Assembly (NCBI RefSeq): GCF_006345805.1
Contig: NC_043025.1
Location: 12,524,001 to 12,588,000 of the forward strand
Length of the DNA: 64,000 nucleotides
Direction: 5' to 3'
DNA from: Octopus sinensis
Lineage: Eukaryota
Made by a program: the position numbers and the translations under genes. Under the pieces are notes generated by a model that saw only the letters and a program-made list of their open reading frames with translations, made no database searches and had not been told where the DNA came from. Of the stretch, positions 26,701 through 40,300 are shown piece after piece (within the stretch, counting starts at the first letter, position 1; the number at the start of each line of letters is the position of its first letter).

Positions 26701-29700
26701 AATAGCAAAGGACCACTTCTCTCACTCTTTCTTCCTGTTTCTTGTCCCTGACTTCCTACGCAACCGCTGAGCCTGGATGCGCATTCATCCATCCGTCGAT
26801 GCTCTCGGTGTCGGGGGTGTTGACCTGCTCACTCTCTGCGGGTCTTACGAATAGCAAAGGACACTTCTCTCACTCTTTCTTCCTGTTTCTTGTCCCTGAC
26901 TTCCTACGCAACCGCTGAGCCTGGATGCGCATTCATCCATCCGTCGATGCTCTCGGTGTCGGGGGTGTTGACCGGCTTTCTCTTCTGCGGGTCTTATGAA
27001 TAGCAAAGGACCACTTCTCTCACTCTTTCTTCCTGTTTCTTGTCCCCGACTTCCTACGCAACCGCTGAGCCTGGATGCGCATTCATCCATCCGTCGATGC
27101 TCTCGGTGTCGGGGGTGTTGACCTGCTCACTCTTCTGCGGGTCTTACGAATAGCAAAGGACCACTTCTCTCACTCTTTCTTCCTGTTTCTTGTCCCCGAC
27201 TTCCTACGCAACCGCTGAGCCTGGATGCGCATTCATCCATCCGTCGATGCTCTCGGTGTCGGGGGTGTTGACCTGCTCACTCTTCTGCGGGTCTTACGAA
27301 TAGCAAAGGACCACGTTTTGGACTTCTCCCACTGGGACGAAGACCGCTTCGCTCAACAAACAAACAAAGCAGCAGCAACAACAACAACAACAACAAAAAA
27401 CAGAAAGAGAAGCCACTTACTGGTTCTGATCAAATCTAAACTGGAAGAGATTGTTGGTGATTTTGGCTCCACTTTGTCCTGAGAAGACAAACATAGAGTC
27501 CCGGGCCACAGCTAGGGCAAAGTTGCAGCAGGTTGGGGGGATGTTCCCAGTTTGGTTGACCTGTAAACACAATGAGACAGGGTTTAAATAACAACAAACA
27601 CAAACCTACACAGAGTTGCGTGTGTGTCTGTGTATGTGTGTGTGTGTGTGAGAGGGAGTGTGTTGTTGTGTGGTCGAGAAGTCTGCTTCCCAATCGATGT
27701 GGATTTAGGCTCAATCCCACTGCGTGGCACCTCAGGAAAGTGTCTTCTACAGTAAACCTACATCGACCTAAGCTTTGAGTGGATTTAGGATGTGTGTGTG
27801 TGTATGGGCACATTTTTTTCATGCTAAGAGTTGCTGAAGCATGGAACAAACTGCCGGCATCAGTTGTTAGTTGTCGGAGCACTGCATCCTTCAAAACTTC
27901 CATGCTTCCTGAGATTTGCCAACACTACACCTGATCTTCTCCCCTCCATACACACGCTGAAGCATGGAACAAACTGCCGGCATCAGTTGTTGGTTGTCGG
28001 AGCACTGCATCCTTCAAAACTTCCGAGCTTTCTGAGATTCGCCAACACTACACCTGATCTTCTCCCCTCCATACACACGCTGAAGCATGGAACAAACTGC
28101 CGGCATCAGTTGTTAGTTGTCGGAGCACTGCATCCTTCAAAACTTCCATGCTTCCGAAGATTCGCCAACACTACACCTGATCTTCTCCCCTCCATACACA
28201 CGCTGAAGCATGGAACAAACTGCCGGCATCAGTTGTTAGTTGTCGGAGCACTGCATCCTTCAAAACTTCCATGCTTCCGAAGATTCGCCAACACTACACC
28301 TGATCTTCTCCCCTCCATACACACGCTGAAGCATGGAACAAACTGCCAGCATCAGTTGTTGATTGTCGGAGCACTGCATCCTTCAAAACTTCCATGCTTC
28401 CTGAGATTCGCCAACACTACACCTGATCTTCTCCCCTCCATACACACGCTGAAGCATGGAACAAACTGCCAGCATCAGTTGTTGATTGTCGGAGCACTGC
28501 ATCCTTCAAAACTTCCATGCTTCCTGAGATTCGCCAACACTACACCTGATCTTCTCCCCTCCATACACACGCTGAAGCATGGAACAAACTGCCGGCATCA
28601 GTTGTTGTTGTCGGAGCACTGCATCCTTCAAAACTTCCATGCTTCCTGAGATTCGCCAACACTACACCTGATCTTCTCCCCTCCATACACACGCTGAAGC
28701 ATGGAACAAACTGCCGCCGCATCAGTTGTTGATTGTCGGAGCACTGCATCCTTCAAAACTTCCATGCTTCCTGAGATTCGCCAACACTACACCTGATCTT
28801 CTCCCCTCCATACACACGCTGAAGCATGGAACAAACTGCCGGCATCAGTTGTTGGTTGTCGGAGCACTGCATCCTTCAAAACTTCCATGCTTCCTGAGAT
28901 TCGCCAACACTACACCTGATCTTCTCCCCTCCATACACACGCTGAAGCATGGAACAAACTGCCGGCATCAGTTGTTGATTGTCGGAGCACTGCATCCTTC
29001 AAAACTTCCATGCTTCCTGAGATTCGCCAACACTACACCTGATCTTCTCCCCTCCATACACACGCTGAAGCATGGAACAAACTGCCGGCATCAGTTGTTG
29101 GTTGTCGGAGCACTGCATCCTTCAAAACTTCCATGCTTCCTGAGATTCGCCAACACTACACCTGATCTTCTCCCCTCCATACACACGCTGAAGCATGGAA
29201 CAAACTGCCGGCATCAGTTGTTGGTTGTCGGAGCACTGCATCCTTCAAAACTTCCGAGCTTTCTGAGATTCGCCAACACTACACCTGATCTTCTCCCCTC
29301 CATACACACGCTGAAGCATGGAACAAACTGCCGGCATCAGTTGTTGATTGTTGGAGCACTGCATCCTTCAAAACTTCCATGCTTCCTGAGATTCGCCAAC
29401 ACTATACCTGATCTTCTCCCCTCCATACACACACTGAAGCATGGAACAAACTGCCGGCATCAGTTGTTGATTGTCGGAGCACTGCATCCTTCAAAACTTC
29501 CATGCTTCCGAAGATTCGCCAACACTACACCTGATTTTCTCCCCTCCATACACACACAGCATGTATCTGACTCATACACTGTTCAGTTCCCAGACATTTG
29601 TACATCACTGCAGATACTTTATACGCACTTTGGACAAGTTGTGGGGCACCTGAGCACTGGATAAAAAAATTTCATCATTATTATTATTATATTATTTGTC

Positions 29701-30431
29701 CTGCATTGTTTCATAGGGAACAACAACAACAAGAACAACGGCATGAAGAACAGAATCAAAAAATGCTGGCCCTTACCTGAAGCCATTGCTTACAGTCCCC
29801 TTCTAGAGAAATAGTCCACATATCATTTAGCCTGGCATTACCGTCGTAACCAGCAAAGATCCAGAGCTTCTGGTCATAGACGGCGGCACCGTGCGCGGCT
29901 CTTGCCACTGGCATCCTGCAATAAAAGAATGGAACCGCAAAACACCGTTAACAACAGGAGAAAATTTCACAACCTTCTGATAACCTTTTACTTGTTTCAG
30001 TTGTTTTGACTGTGGCCATGCTGGAGCACCGCCTTTAGCCGAGCATATCGACCCCCCCAGGACTTATTCTTTGTAAGCCTAGTACTTATTCTATCGGTCT
30101 CTTGTTGCCGAACCGCTAAGTTACGGGGACGCAAACACACCAGCATCGGTCGTCAAGCGATGTTGTGGGGACAAACACAGACATACACACACACATACAT
30201 CATCATCATCATCATCATCATCGTTTAACGTTCGCTTTCCATGCTAGCATGGGTTGGACGGTTCAACTGGGGTCTGGAAAGTCAGGAGGCTGCACCAGGC
30301 TCCAGTCCGATCTGGCAGAGTTTCTACAGCTGGATGCCCTTCCTAACGCCAACCACTCCAAGAGTGTAGTGGGTGCTTTTTACGTGCCATACGAGGCTGG
30401 CAAACGGCCATGATCGGATGGTACTTTTTAA

Positions 30432-30467
<36 letters not shown>

Positions 30468-32013
30468 GACGGGCTTCTTTTTTAAGTTTCCGTCTACCAA
30501 ACGCAATCACAAAGCTTTGGTTGGCCCAAGGCTATAGTAGAAGACACTTGCCCAAGGTGCCACGCAGTGGGACTGAACCCGGAACCGCCTGATGTTTAAG
30601 TATTACTTTTTTTTCTTTTTACACCTTTCTGATTGCTATTAATATTTGTTCATCATAGGACACACAGAATCACAAGAAGTGGTTTTACGCCAGCAGAACA
30701 GTTAGAGTATAATAGAGGGACAGAGATGGGGGGGGGTCTTCATTATTAACATCCATCTTCCATGCTGGCATGGGTGGAATGGTTTAACAGAAGCTGGTCA
30801 GCTGAAGAGCTGCACTGGTTCCATTGTCTGTTTTGGCAAACCGTAAATCCTCGAGTATGGTCCGCCCTTGAGTATAATACGCAGGGGATTTTTAAGAGGT
30901 TGTACCTCTGTAAAACCTAAACCTTGTGTATAATACGCACCCCTAGAAAGGGAGGCAGGGCAAGGAAAGGGTTAGGATAATGTCTACTTACTGTCCTTCG
31001 AATTTCCATTTGAGCCATTGTCCAGTGGTGAATTTGTACTCAAAGAGGTCATTTTTGTTAGTCAAGTTGGAATTAGAATGGATGTCCCCTGTATAACCAC
31101 CTGAAAAGATATGAAGAAATATATTTCAAATTATCTTTCATGTATCTGTGTGTATGTGTCGTGAAAGAAAAAGGTCAATAAATACTTGCCATTACATTTT
31201 TAATCAGTATTTCTCAGAATTAATTGTCTGGTTACTTGGGAGAAGCTCATAGCACAGAATTCCTTTCCAATCCCACCAGACACAAAGCAAGACTTTTTTA
31301 GGGTGAAGACCCACTTTTGGGGTGGCTCCAGGATTGCTGTCTCTGAACATTTCGGTAGATAGTCCATTTCTCAACCTATCACAATTTGCTTTAAAAAAGG
31401 CGCGTTTTCATTCCGTTTATAAAGTGAATCACAGATGGAAATGCGATCCAAAAGGCTCTTCTCACTCAACTCATGTGGTACCCAAACATCGTAGCGATTT
31501 GTGTGCCGAAGCTTTACCAGGTGCTCATGAACAACGGATTTTGATAGGATGTGCTTTTAACGTTCTACTGGCATATATGTGACCTCCTGGAATCTGTCCA
31601 GAGACGTGCAACCAAACGCATACCCTCCATCAGACACCTACCATATTCTGAGCGCCTTGTTTCCCTGGGCATGGATTCACTGAAGCTCCGGCATCTAGCG
31701 ACGGACTTGGTAAACACCCACAAAGTTATCAACCACCTCACCAACAACAACACTGAACACCTTTTTGATCTCCATGTGTCCAACACATGTGGACATGACT
31801 ACAAAGTCAGAAAACAACACAGCTCCCATGACTTTCGGAAACATTTTTTCACGCTCAGGGTTGCTGAAGCATGGAATAAACTGCCTGCGTCAGTTGTTGA
31901 CTGCCATGACACTGCATCCTTTAAGGCCCTCATGCTTTCCGAAATCCGCCGAAACTACACCTGATTATATATACACTTTAGATGAGTTGTAGTGCACCTG
32001 AGCACTGTACACA

Positions 32014-32046
<33 letters not shown>

Positions 32047-35000
32047 GTTGAGTGCCAAACTGACATCGCCAGTGCTTGTGCCATGTAAAAAGCACAGTGG
32101 TTAGGGCAGAGGATCGCGGTTTCGATTCCCAGTCCGGGTGTTGTGTGTGTTTATTGAGCGAAAACACCTAAAGCTCCACGAGGCTCCGACAGGGGGTGGT
32201 GGCGACCCCTGTTGTGCTCTTTCGCCCTAACTTTCTCTCACTCTTTCTTCCTGTTTCTTGTCCCCGACCTCCTACGCAACCGCTGAGCCTGGATGCGCAT
32301 TCATCCATCCATCGATGCTCTCGGTGTCGGGGGTTGAACCGCTTTCTCTTCTGCGGGTCTTACGAATAGCAAAGGACCACGTTTCGGACTTCTCCCACTA
32401 CTTGCAAGCTCTGGACGAAGACAGCTTCACTCAACAAACGCAACTGCTGAGCCTGGATGCGCATTCATCCATCCATCGATGCTCTCGGTGTCGGGGGTTG
32501 AACCGCTTTCTCTTCTGCGGGTCTTACGAATAGCAAGGACCACGTTTCGGACTTCTCCCACTACTTGCAAGCTCTGGACGAAGACAGCTTCACTCAACAA
32601 ACGCAACTGCTGAGCCTGGATGCGCATTCATCCATCCATCGATGCTCTCGGTGTCGGGGGTTGAACCGCTTTCTCTTCTGCGGGTCTTACGAATAGCAAA
32701 GGACCACGTTTCGGACTTCTCCCACTACTTGCAAGCTCTGGGACGAAGACAGCTTCACTCACAAACGCAACTGCTGAGCCTGGATGCGCATTCATCCATC
32801 CATCGATGCTCTCGGTGTCGGGGGTTGAACCGCTTTCTCTTCTGCGGTCTTACGAATAGCAAAGGACCACGTTTCGGACTTCTCCCACTACTTGCAAGCT
32901 CTGGGACGAAGACAGCTTCACTCAACAAACGCAACTGCTGAGCCTGGATGCGCATTCATCCATCCATCGATGCTCTCGGTGTCGGGGGTTGAACCGCTTT
33001 CTCTTCTGCGGGTCTTACGAATAGCAAAGGACCACGTTTCGGACTTCTCCCACTACTTGCAAGCTCTGGGACGAAGACAGCTTCACTCAACAAACGCAAC
33101 TGCTGAGCCTGGATGCGCATTCATCCATCCATCGATGCTCTCGGTGTCGGGGGTTGAACCGCTTTCTCTTCTGCGGGTCTTACGAATAGCAAAGGACCAC
33201 GTTTCGGACTTCTCCCACTACTTGCAAGCTCTGGGACGAAGACAGCTTCACTCAACAAACGCAACTGCTGAGCCTGGATGCGCATTCATCCATCCGTCAA
33301 TGCTCTCGGTGTCGGGGGTTGAACCGCTTTCTCTTCTGCGGGTCTTACGAATAGCAAAGGACCACGTTTCGGACTTCTCCCACTACTTGCAAGCTCTGGG
33401 ACGAAGACAGCTTCACTCAACAAACGCAACCGCTGAGCCTGGATGCGCATTCATCCATCCGTCAATGCTCTCGGTGTCGGGGGTTGAACCGCTTTCTCTT
33501 CTGCGGGTCTTACGAATAGCAAAGGACCACGTTTCGGACGTCTCCCACTACAGAGGCGCGATCTTGCGAGCTCTGGGATGAAGACCGCTTCACTCAACAA
33601 ACAAACAAACAAACAAACAGCAATTTGGTGGCAATTAAGTCTGCAGAAATAAGTAATACTTTACCGAAGACAAACATGCTTTGGTCATAAACAACAGTGG
33701 AGTGATGATAGCGCTGGAGCGGAGGTGTTCCTGTCGTAAAGGCCCTGGAATGGACAGAAAAGATGGGGGCATGATAAAAGCTGTTAAATCAGGCAATTAC
33801 TGATAAGAGACAGAAAGTTACAGAACAATTTTGATTATGTTAGAGAGAGAGGGAGAGAGTAACAGAGAGAGAGAGAGAAAGAGAAAAACAGAGACAGAGA
33901 GAAAGAGTAATTAAAAAATATGGTTTTCAGATTTGCTCTAAAATAATTCCTCAGTTATAACTCCTAAAATGGCAGTGGTTCTGGCAGAATGTATTGGGTT
34001 GTCCGGAAAGTTCATGCCGATTTATAGTAGCTTACCTTTCGACTTATTTTAGTACATGTTTGAGTCCATAAAATAGGATTTGACTACACCTCCATTTAGA
34101 GCACAGTTTAAGCTGTCTTTTCATGGAAGAAGGTTTATGTTCCTATAACCTGTTTAATTCTGTAACCCTTTAAAATGGAAGATAAGAAAGTTCATTTTCG
34201 GCACTTGATGCTTTGGGAACCAGACAAAAATTGCTGCAGCTCGGCTGGGACGTCTGGAAAGTTCGTGCCGATTTATAGTAGCTTACCTTTCGACTTATTC
34301 TAGAACATGGTTGAGTCCCTAAAATAGGATTTGACTACACCTCCATTTAGAGCACAGTTTAAGCTATCTTTCCGTGGAAGAAGGTTTATGTTCCTATAAC
34401 TGTTTAATTCTGTAGCCCTTTAAAATGGAAAATAAGAAAGTTCATTTTCGGCACTTGATGCTTTGGGAACCAGACAAAAATTGCTGCAGCTCGGCTGGGA
34501 CGTCTGGAAAGTTCGTGCCGATTTATAGTAGCTTACCTTTCGACTTATTCTAGAAAATGGTTGAGTCCCTAAAATAGGATTTGACTACACCTCCATTTAG
34601 AGCACAGTTTAAGCTATCTTTCCGTGGAAGAAGGTTTATGTTCCTATAACCTGTATTAATTCTGTAACCCTTTAAAATGGAAAATAAGAAAGTTCATTTT
34701 CGGCACTTGATGCTTTGGGAACCAGACAAAAATTGCTGCAGCTCGGCTGGGACGTCTGGAAAGTTCGTGCCGATTTATAGTAGCTTACCTTTCGACTTAT
34801 TCTAGAACATGGTGAGTCCCTAAAATAGGATTTGACTACACCTCCATTTAGAGCACAGTTTAAGCTATCTTTCCGTGGAAGAAGGTTTATGTTCCTATAA
34901 CCTGTTTAATTCTGTAGCCCTTTAAAATGGAAAATAAGAAAGTTCATTTTCGGCACTTGATGCTTTGGGAACCAGACAAAAATTGCTGCAGCTCGGCTGG

Positions 35001-37327
35001 GACGTCTGGAAAGTTCGTGCCGATTTATAGTAGCTTACCTTTCGACTTATTCTAGAAAATGGTTGAGTCCCTAAAATAGGATTTGACTACACCTCCATTT
35101 AGAGCACAGTTTAAGCTATCTTTCCGTGGAAGAAGGTTTATGTTCCTATAACCTGTATTAATTCTGTAACCCTTTAAAATGGAAAATAAGAAAGTTCATT
35201 TTCGGCACTTGATGCTTTGGGAACCAGACAAAAATTGCTGCAGCTCGGCTGGGACGTCTGGAAAGTTCGTGCCGATTTATAGTAGCTTACCTTTCGACTT
35301 ATTCTAGAAAATGGTTGAGTCCCTAAAATAGGATTTGACTACACCTCCATTTAGAGCACAGTTTAAGCTATCTTTCCGTGGAAGAAGGTTATGTTCCTAT
35401 AACCTGTTAATTCTGTAACCCTTTAAAATGGAAAATAAGAAAGTTCATTTTCGGCACTTGATGCTTTGGGAACCAGACAAAAATTGCCTGCAGCTCGGCT
35501 GGGACGTCTGGAAATTCGTGCCGATTTATAGTAGCTTACCTTTCGACTTATTCTAGAAAATGGTTGAGTCCCTAAAATAGGATTTGACTACACCTCCATT
35601 TAGAGCACAGTTTAAGCTATCTTTCCGTGGAAGAAGGTTTATGTTCCTATAACCTGTATTAATTCTGTAACCCTTTAAAATGGAAAATAAGAAAGTTCAT
35701 TTTCGGCACTTGATGCTTTGGGAACCAGACAAAAATTGCTGCAGCTCGGCTGGGACGTCTGGAAAGTTCGTGCCGATTTATAGTAGCTTACCTTTCGACT
35801 TATTCTAGAACATGGTTGAGTCCCTAAAATAGGATTTGACTACACCTCCATTTAGAGCACAGTTTAAGCTATCTTTCCGTGGAAGAAGGTTTATGTTCCT
35901 ATAACCTGTTTAATTCTGTAGCCCTTTAAAATGGAAAATAAGAAAGTTCATTTTCGGCACTTGATGCTTTGGGAACCAGACAAAAATTGCTGCAGCTCGG
36001 CTGGGACGTCTGGAAAGTTCGTGCCGATTTATAGTAGCTTACCTTTCGACTTATTCTAGAAAATGGTTGAGTCCCTAAAATAGGATTTGACTACACCTCC
36101 ATTTAGAGCACAGTTTAAGCTATCTTCCGTGGAAGAAGGTTTATGTTCTAACCTGTATTAATTCTGTAACCCTTTAAAATGGAAAATAAGAAAGTTCATT
36201 TTCGGCACTTGATGCTTTGGGAACCAGACAAAAATTGCTTGCAGCTCGGCTGGGACGTCTGGAAAGTTCGTGCCGATTTATAGTAGCTTACCTTTCGACT
36301 TATTCTAGAAAATGGTTGAGTCCCTAAAATAGGATTTGACTACACCTCCATTTAGAGCACAGTTTAAGCTATCTTTTCGTGGAAGAAGGTTAATGTTCCT
36401 ATAACCTGTGTTAATTCTGTAACCCTTTAAAATGGAAAATAAGAAAGTTCATTTTCGGCACTTGATGCTTTGGGAACCAGACAAAAATTGCTGCAGCTCG
36501 GCTGGGATGTGTTACCCCACCCTTCATATTCACCAGATATTGCTCCTTCGGATTTCCACTTATTCAGGTCTCTGCAGAATAGTCTGCAGAATGGTAAAAA
36601 TTTCAATTCCTTGGATGACGTCTCTGTCTCTTGTCCAATCCAATATAAAATGTCCAAAGAGAGAAAAAAAGAAAAAACAATCACTGTGAAACACTTACCG
36701 TCCCCAAGACTTATCCTTTACATCAAACCTGAGGAGATCATTCAGCATGGTTTTCCTGAAGATAAAATGATAAAAACAGGTAGAAATGACAGTCAGAAAA
36801 ATTGAAAACCCAGGGAGGTATCATTAACCATTAGCATTTAAAACAGGCCACATGCCGTCCAAATATTCTCCCGCTTTATGCTTAAATTGGCAAGATCTGA
36901 CCTTTCATACCTATCCTACATAGTCATTCTATAAATAAACAAGCACATCAAGGAAATGTAGCATAATGGATGTCCACGTAGTGGTCATCCCTCTTATTTG
37001 TATGTAATATAATTTTTCTGAATTTGTATGTAATATAATTTTTCTGAATCTTCAGATTTTTCTATATGCCAAACCACTGGTTTTAAATTGATATTAATCA
37101 AATTAATATTCAATTTTTCACCCTTATTATTTTAAATTTAAATATACATATACATATATATGCACGCATTTGTTTCTCTCCTTGTTTATTTCTGTGTATC
37201 GTTCTGTAGAAGAGCGTAGGCTCAAAACGTAAAAGACTTTTTCTATTCCTGAGCACCATACTAATACATTTGTTTGTTTGTACACCACCTGCCTTCGTCT
37301 TTTGTTTATTTTCATAAAGCTTCCCGT

Positions 37328-37358
<31 letters not shown>

Positions 37359-40300
37359 ATATATAGTTAATCCAAACATGAAAAAACAACACTCAGACGT
37401 GGAACAAGTATAGTGATATTGGACACTCAGGAAAGGAGAGAAAGGAGGAGGATGTAATGTTTCGAGTGGAGCTCTTCGTCAGAAACATAGAAAAGGGAAA
37501 GATCCAAGGATGGAAAAAAATCGCCAACAATCATCATCATCATCGTTTAAACGTCCGTTTTCCACGCTAGCATGGGTTGGACGGTTCGACCGGGGTCTGG
37601 GAATCCAGGGGCTGCACCAGGCTCCAGTCTGATCTGGCAGTGTTTCTACAGCTGGATGCCCTTCCTAACGCCAACCACTCCGCAAGTGTAGTGGGTGCTT
37701 TTTACGTGCCACCTGCACAGGTGCCAGGGTGTCCGGCATCGGCCACAATCGGTTGGAGCTTTTAACGTGCTACCGGCCTGGAAGCCAGCTAAGGTGGCGC
37801 TGGCAACGGCCACGTTCAGATGGTGCGTTGTACCTGTAATTCAAAGGGTCAGCCTTGTCACACTGGATCTCTCTCACAACAACCTTAAGGGTACATATGT
37901 CTGTGGGGTACTCGTTCACTCGCACGTTAATTTAACGAGCAGGCTATTTCATTGGTCAGATAAGCTGGAATCCTTGTCACCATAACTGTTGGAGTATCAT
38001 TTATAGAAGAGGGTTTATTAAAATATCTTTTGTAGGGTGCTTGCTTTTCACTTCATGCCCTTGCTTGATGGTGCTGGGGTCACCATGTACAGGGCCAACC
38101 AGGTCCACTAGTGCTCCCCATCACTGGTGGTCCTGTGGCAGCCTCTCTACATCCTCCATGTTAATGTCAAGCCTCTAGAATTCTTCCTTAATCACATCCA
38201 GCCGTTTGGTGTGGGGGTCTGCCATCGAGCCTCTTCCAGCCAGCATCTGCTGCATGAAATAAGGGTAAGGCCCTGCGGGGACGATACGGTGAATAGCTAT
38301 GAGTGGGTGTGTCTAAAAACAAAATCTAGGGATGCTTTGTAATGTCTTGGGGTAGATCTGTGATAAAAGCCATTCCAGCCGTGACCTTTTCGCATGTCGG
38401 ACGTTACTACCTTATTCAATGTCTTCCCTTTCTTTGTTGTTTAAAAAGGAATGTGTGATTTAAGGAAGATTTAATTGCTATGTCTAGCAGTTTGAGCGAC
38501 TGTGTAGGCGTCTAGGGATCTGTCGGAAGAAGTTGCACGCTTTAGAAACTCCTGAACAACTCCAGCAGTCAGTAATTGATGAAGGTCGATAAATTAAGTA
38601 CCAGTTACGCACTGAGGTCGATGTAATCGAATTAATCCCTTCGTCTGTCCTTGTTTGTCCCCTCTATGTTTAGCCCCTTATGGACAATAAAGAAATATAT
38701 ATATACATATATATATATATTTATGTATTTCATCTGTCGTTACGTTCTGAGTTCAAATTATGCACTGGGGTCGATATAATCGACTTAATCCCTTTGTCTG
38801 TCCCTCTGTTTGGTGTGGGGGTCTGCCATCGAGCCTCTTCCAGCCAGCATCTGCTGCATGAAATGAGAGTAAGGCCCTGCGGGGACGATATGGTGAATAG
38901 CTATGGGTGGGTGTGTCTAAAAACAAAATCTAGGGATGCTTTGTTTTTAATGTCTGGAGGTAGATGTACCTAAACATCTTAGAGGTGGGCATGTTAAAAT
39001 GTCCAGATGTGGTGCATCAAGACATCTTAGAGGTGGGCATGTTAAAATGTTCAGGTGTGGTGCATCAAGACATCTTAGAGGTGGGCGTGTTAAAATGCTC
39101 AGGTGTGGTGCATCAAGACATCTTAGAGGTGGGTGTGTTAAAATGTTCAGTTGTGTTGCATCAAGACATCTTAGAGGTGGGCATGTTAAAATGTTCAGGT
39201 GTGGTGCATCAAGACATCTTAGAGGTGGTTGTGTCGAAATGTGTGGAGGCAGATATATCAGACGTGGGGAAGGGTTGTGTCAGTGCCTGGTAAAAACAGC
39301 AGTAATCAAGCGTGTGTTGCCTAGAGAGGAATATGTCAGAATGTTTGAAATGAAATAAATAGCATTACTAACCCGTTGTCTCCACCAAAGACATAAATAG
39401 CTTCATTGAAAGCCACAACTGTATGTTTGCTCCGTCTGGAAAAATAAAGAAGACAAAATAAGCCAGAAGTCAACAGGAACTGTATTTAACCCTTTTGATA
39501 CCAACCAGGCTGAAACCAGCTCTGGTTCTGAGTACAAATGTCTTGTTTCCATAAGTTTTGAATTAAAATCTTCCACCAAACCTTAGTCACAATTTATGTT
39601 CCTAACACTAGCTGAATGATAACTAAGTTATTTTATGAAATTCTCTATCATATTTAAAGTAATTGAAAGAAACACAGAGCATCTCAAAATAAATACAGTA
39701 ACGAAAGGGTTAAAGTTCTTATATAAAATTTAAGAGATAATGATGATGATTCTGACTGAGGGCTGGCGAACCAGATGGCTGCACCAGGCTCCAATCTGAT
39801 CTGGTAGAGTTTCTACAGCTGGATTCCCTTCCTAACGCCAACCACTCCAAGAGTGTAGTGGGTGCTTTTTACGTGCCACTGGCACGGGGGCCAGTCAGGC
39901 AGTACTGGCAACGACCTCGCTTGAATCCTTTTACACATGCCACCGGCAACAGTGAAGACGGCAGAGGGAGATTTGGTTGCTATTTCTAGCAGGTCGGATA
40001 ACCACATAGAAGCACCCACATCTGTTGATGTTGTTTGTAAATAAAACACAAAATAAATAATTTTTTGTTAAACAAAGTAAATAAAACAAAAGCACAAAGT
40101 AAGGATCGACTAGTCATGACTAGCTAGCGCAGATGCGCGACTACGCGAGTGCGCGCACCGGGACCACTGTTCTCAAGTAGTACCCATAGTAATGATCGAC
40201 TAGTCGTGACTAGCTAGCGCGGATGCGCGAGTACGCGCACCGGGACCACTGTTCTCAAGTAGTACCCATAGTAATGATCGACTAGTCGTGACTAGCTAGC

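Noticed and set aside
27831-29664. 272-aa and 312-aa ORFs as a repeat-protein gene
   Set aside because: Non-native frame of a 123-bp CR1 tail array; open only because the unit length is divisible by 3.
32892-33581. 229-aa ORF
   Set aside because: 165-bp SINE tail tandem, same arithmetic; neighbouring units break frame.
33992-36510. CRISPR-like arrays (this and the other tandem arrays)
   Set aside because: Contiguous near-identical units with no unique spacers, eukaryotic context, no cas genes.
36432-36689. Functional mariner transposase
   Set aside because: Most of the ORF, including the first two catalytic aspartate regions, is deleted; non-autonomous.
38964-39293. 16-aa repeat ORF ([16 protein letters not shown])
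   Set aside because: 48-bp intronic minisatellite antisense to LZTR1, with no other coding support.
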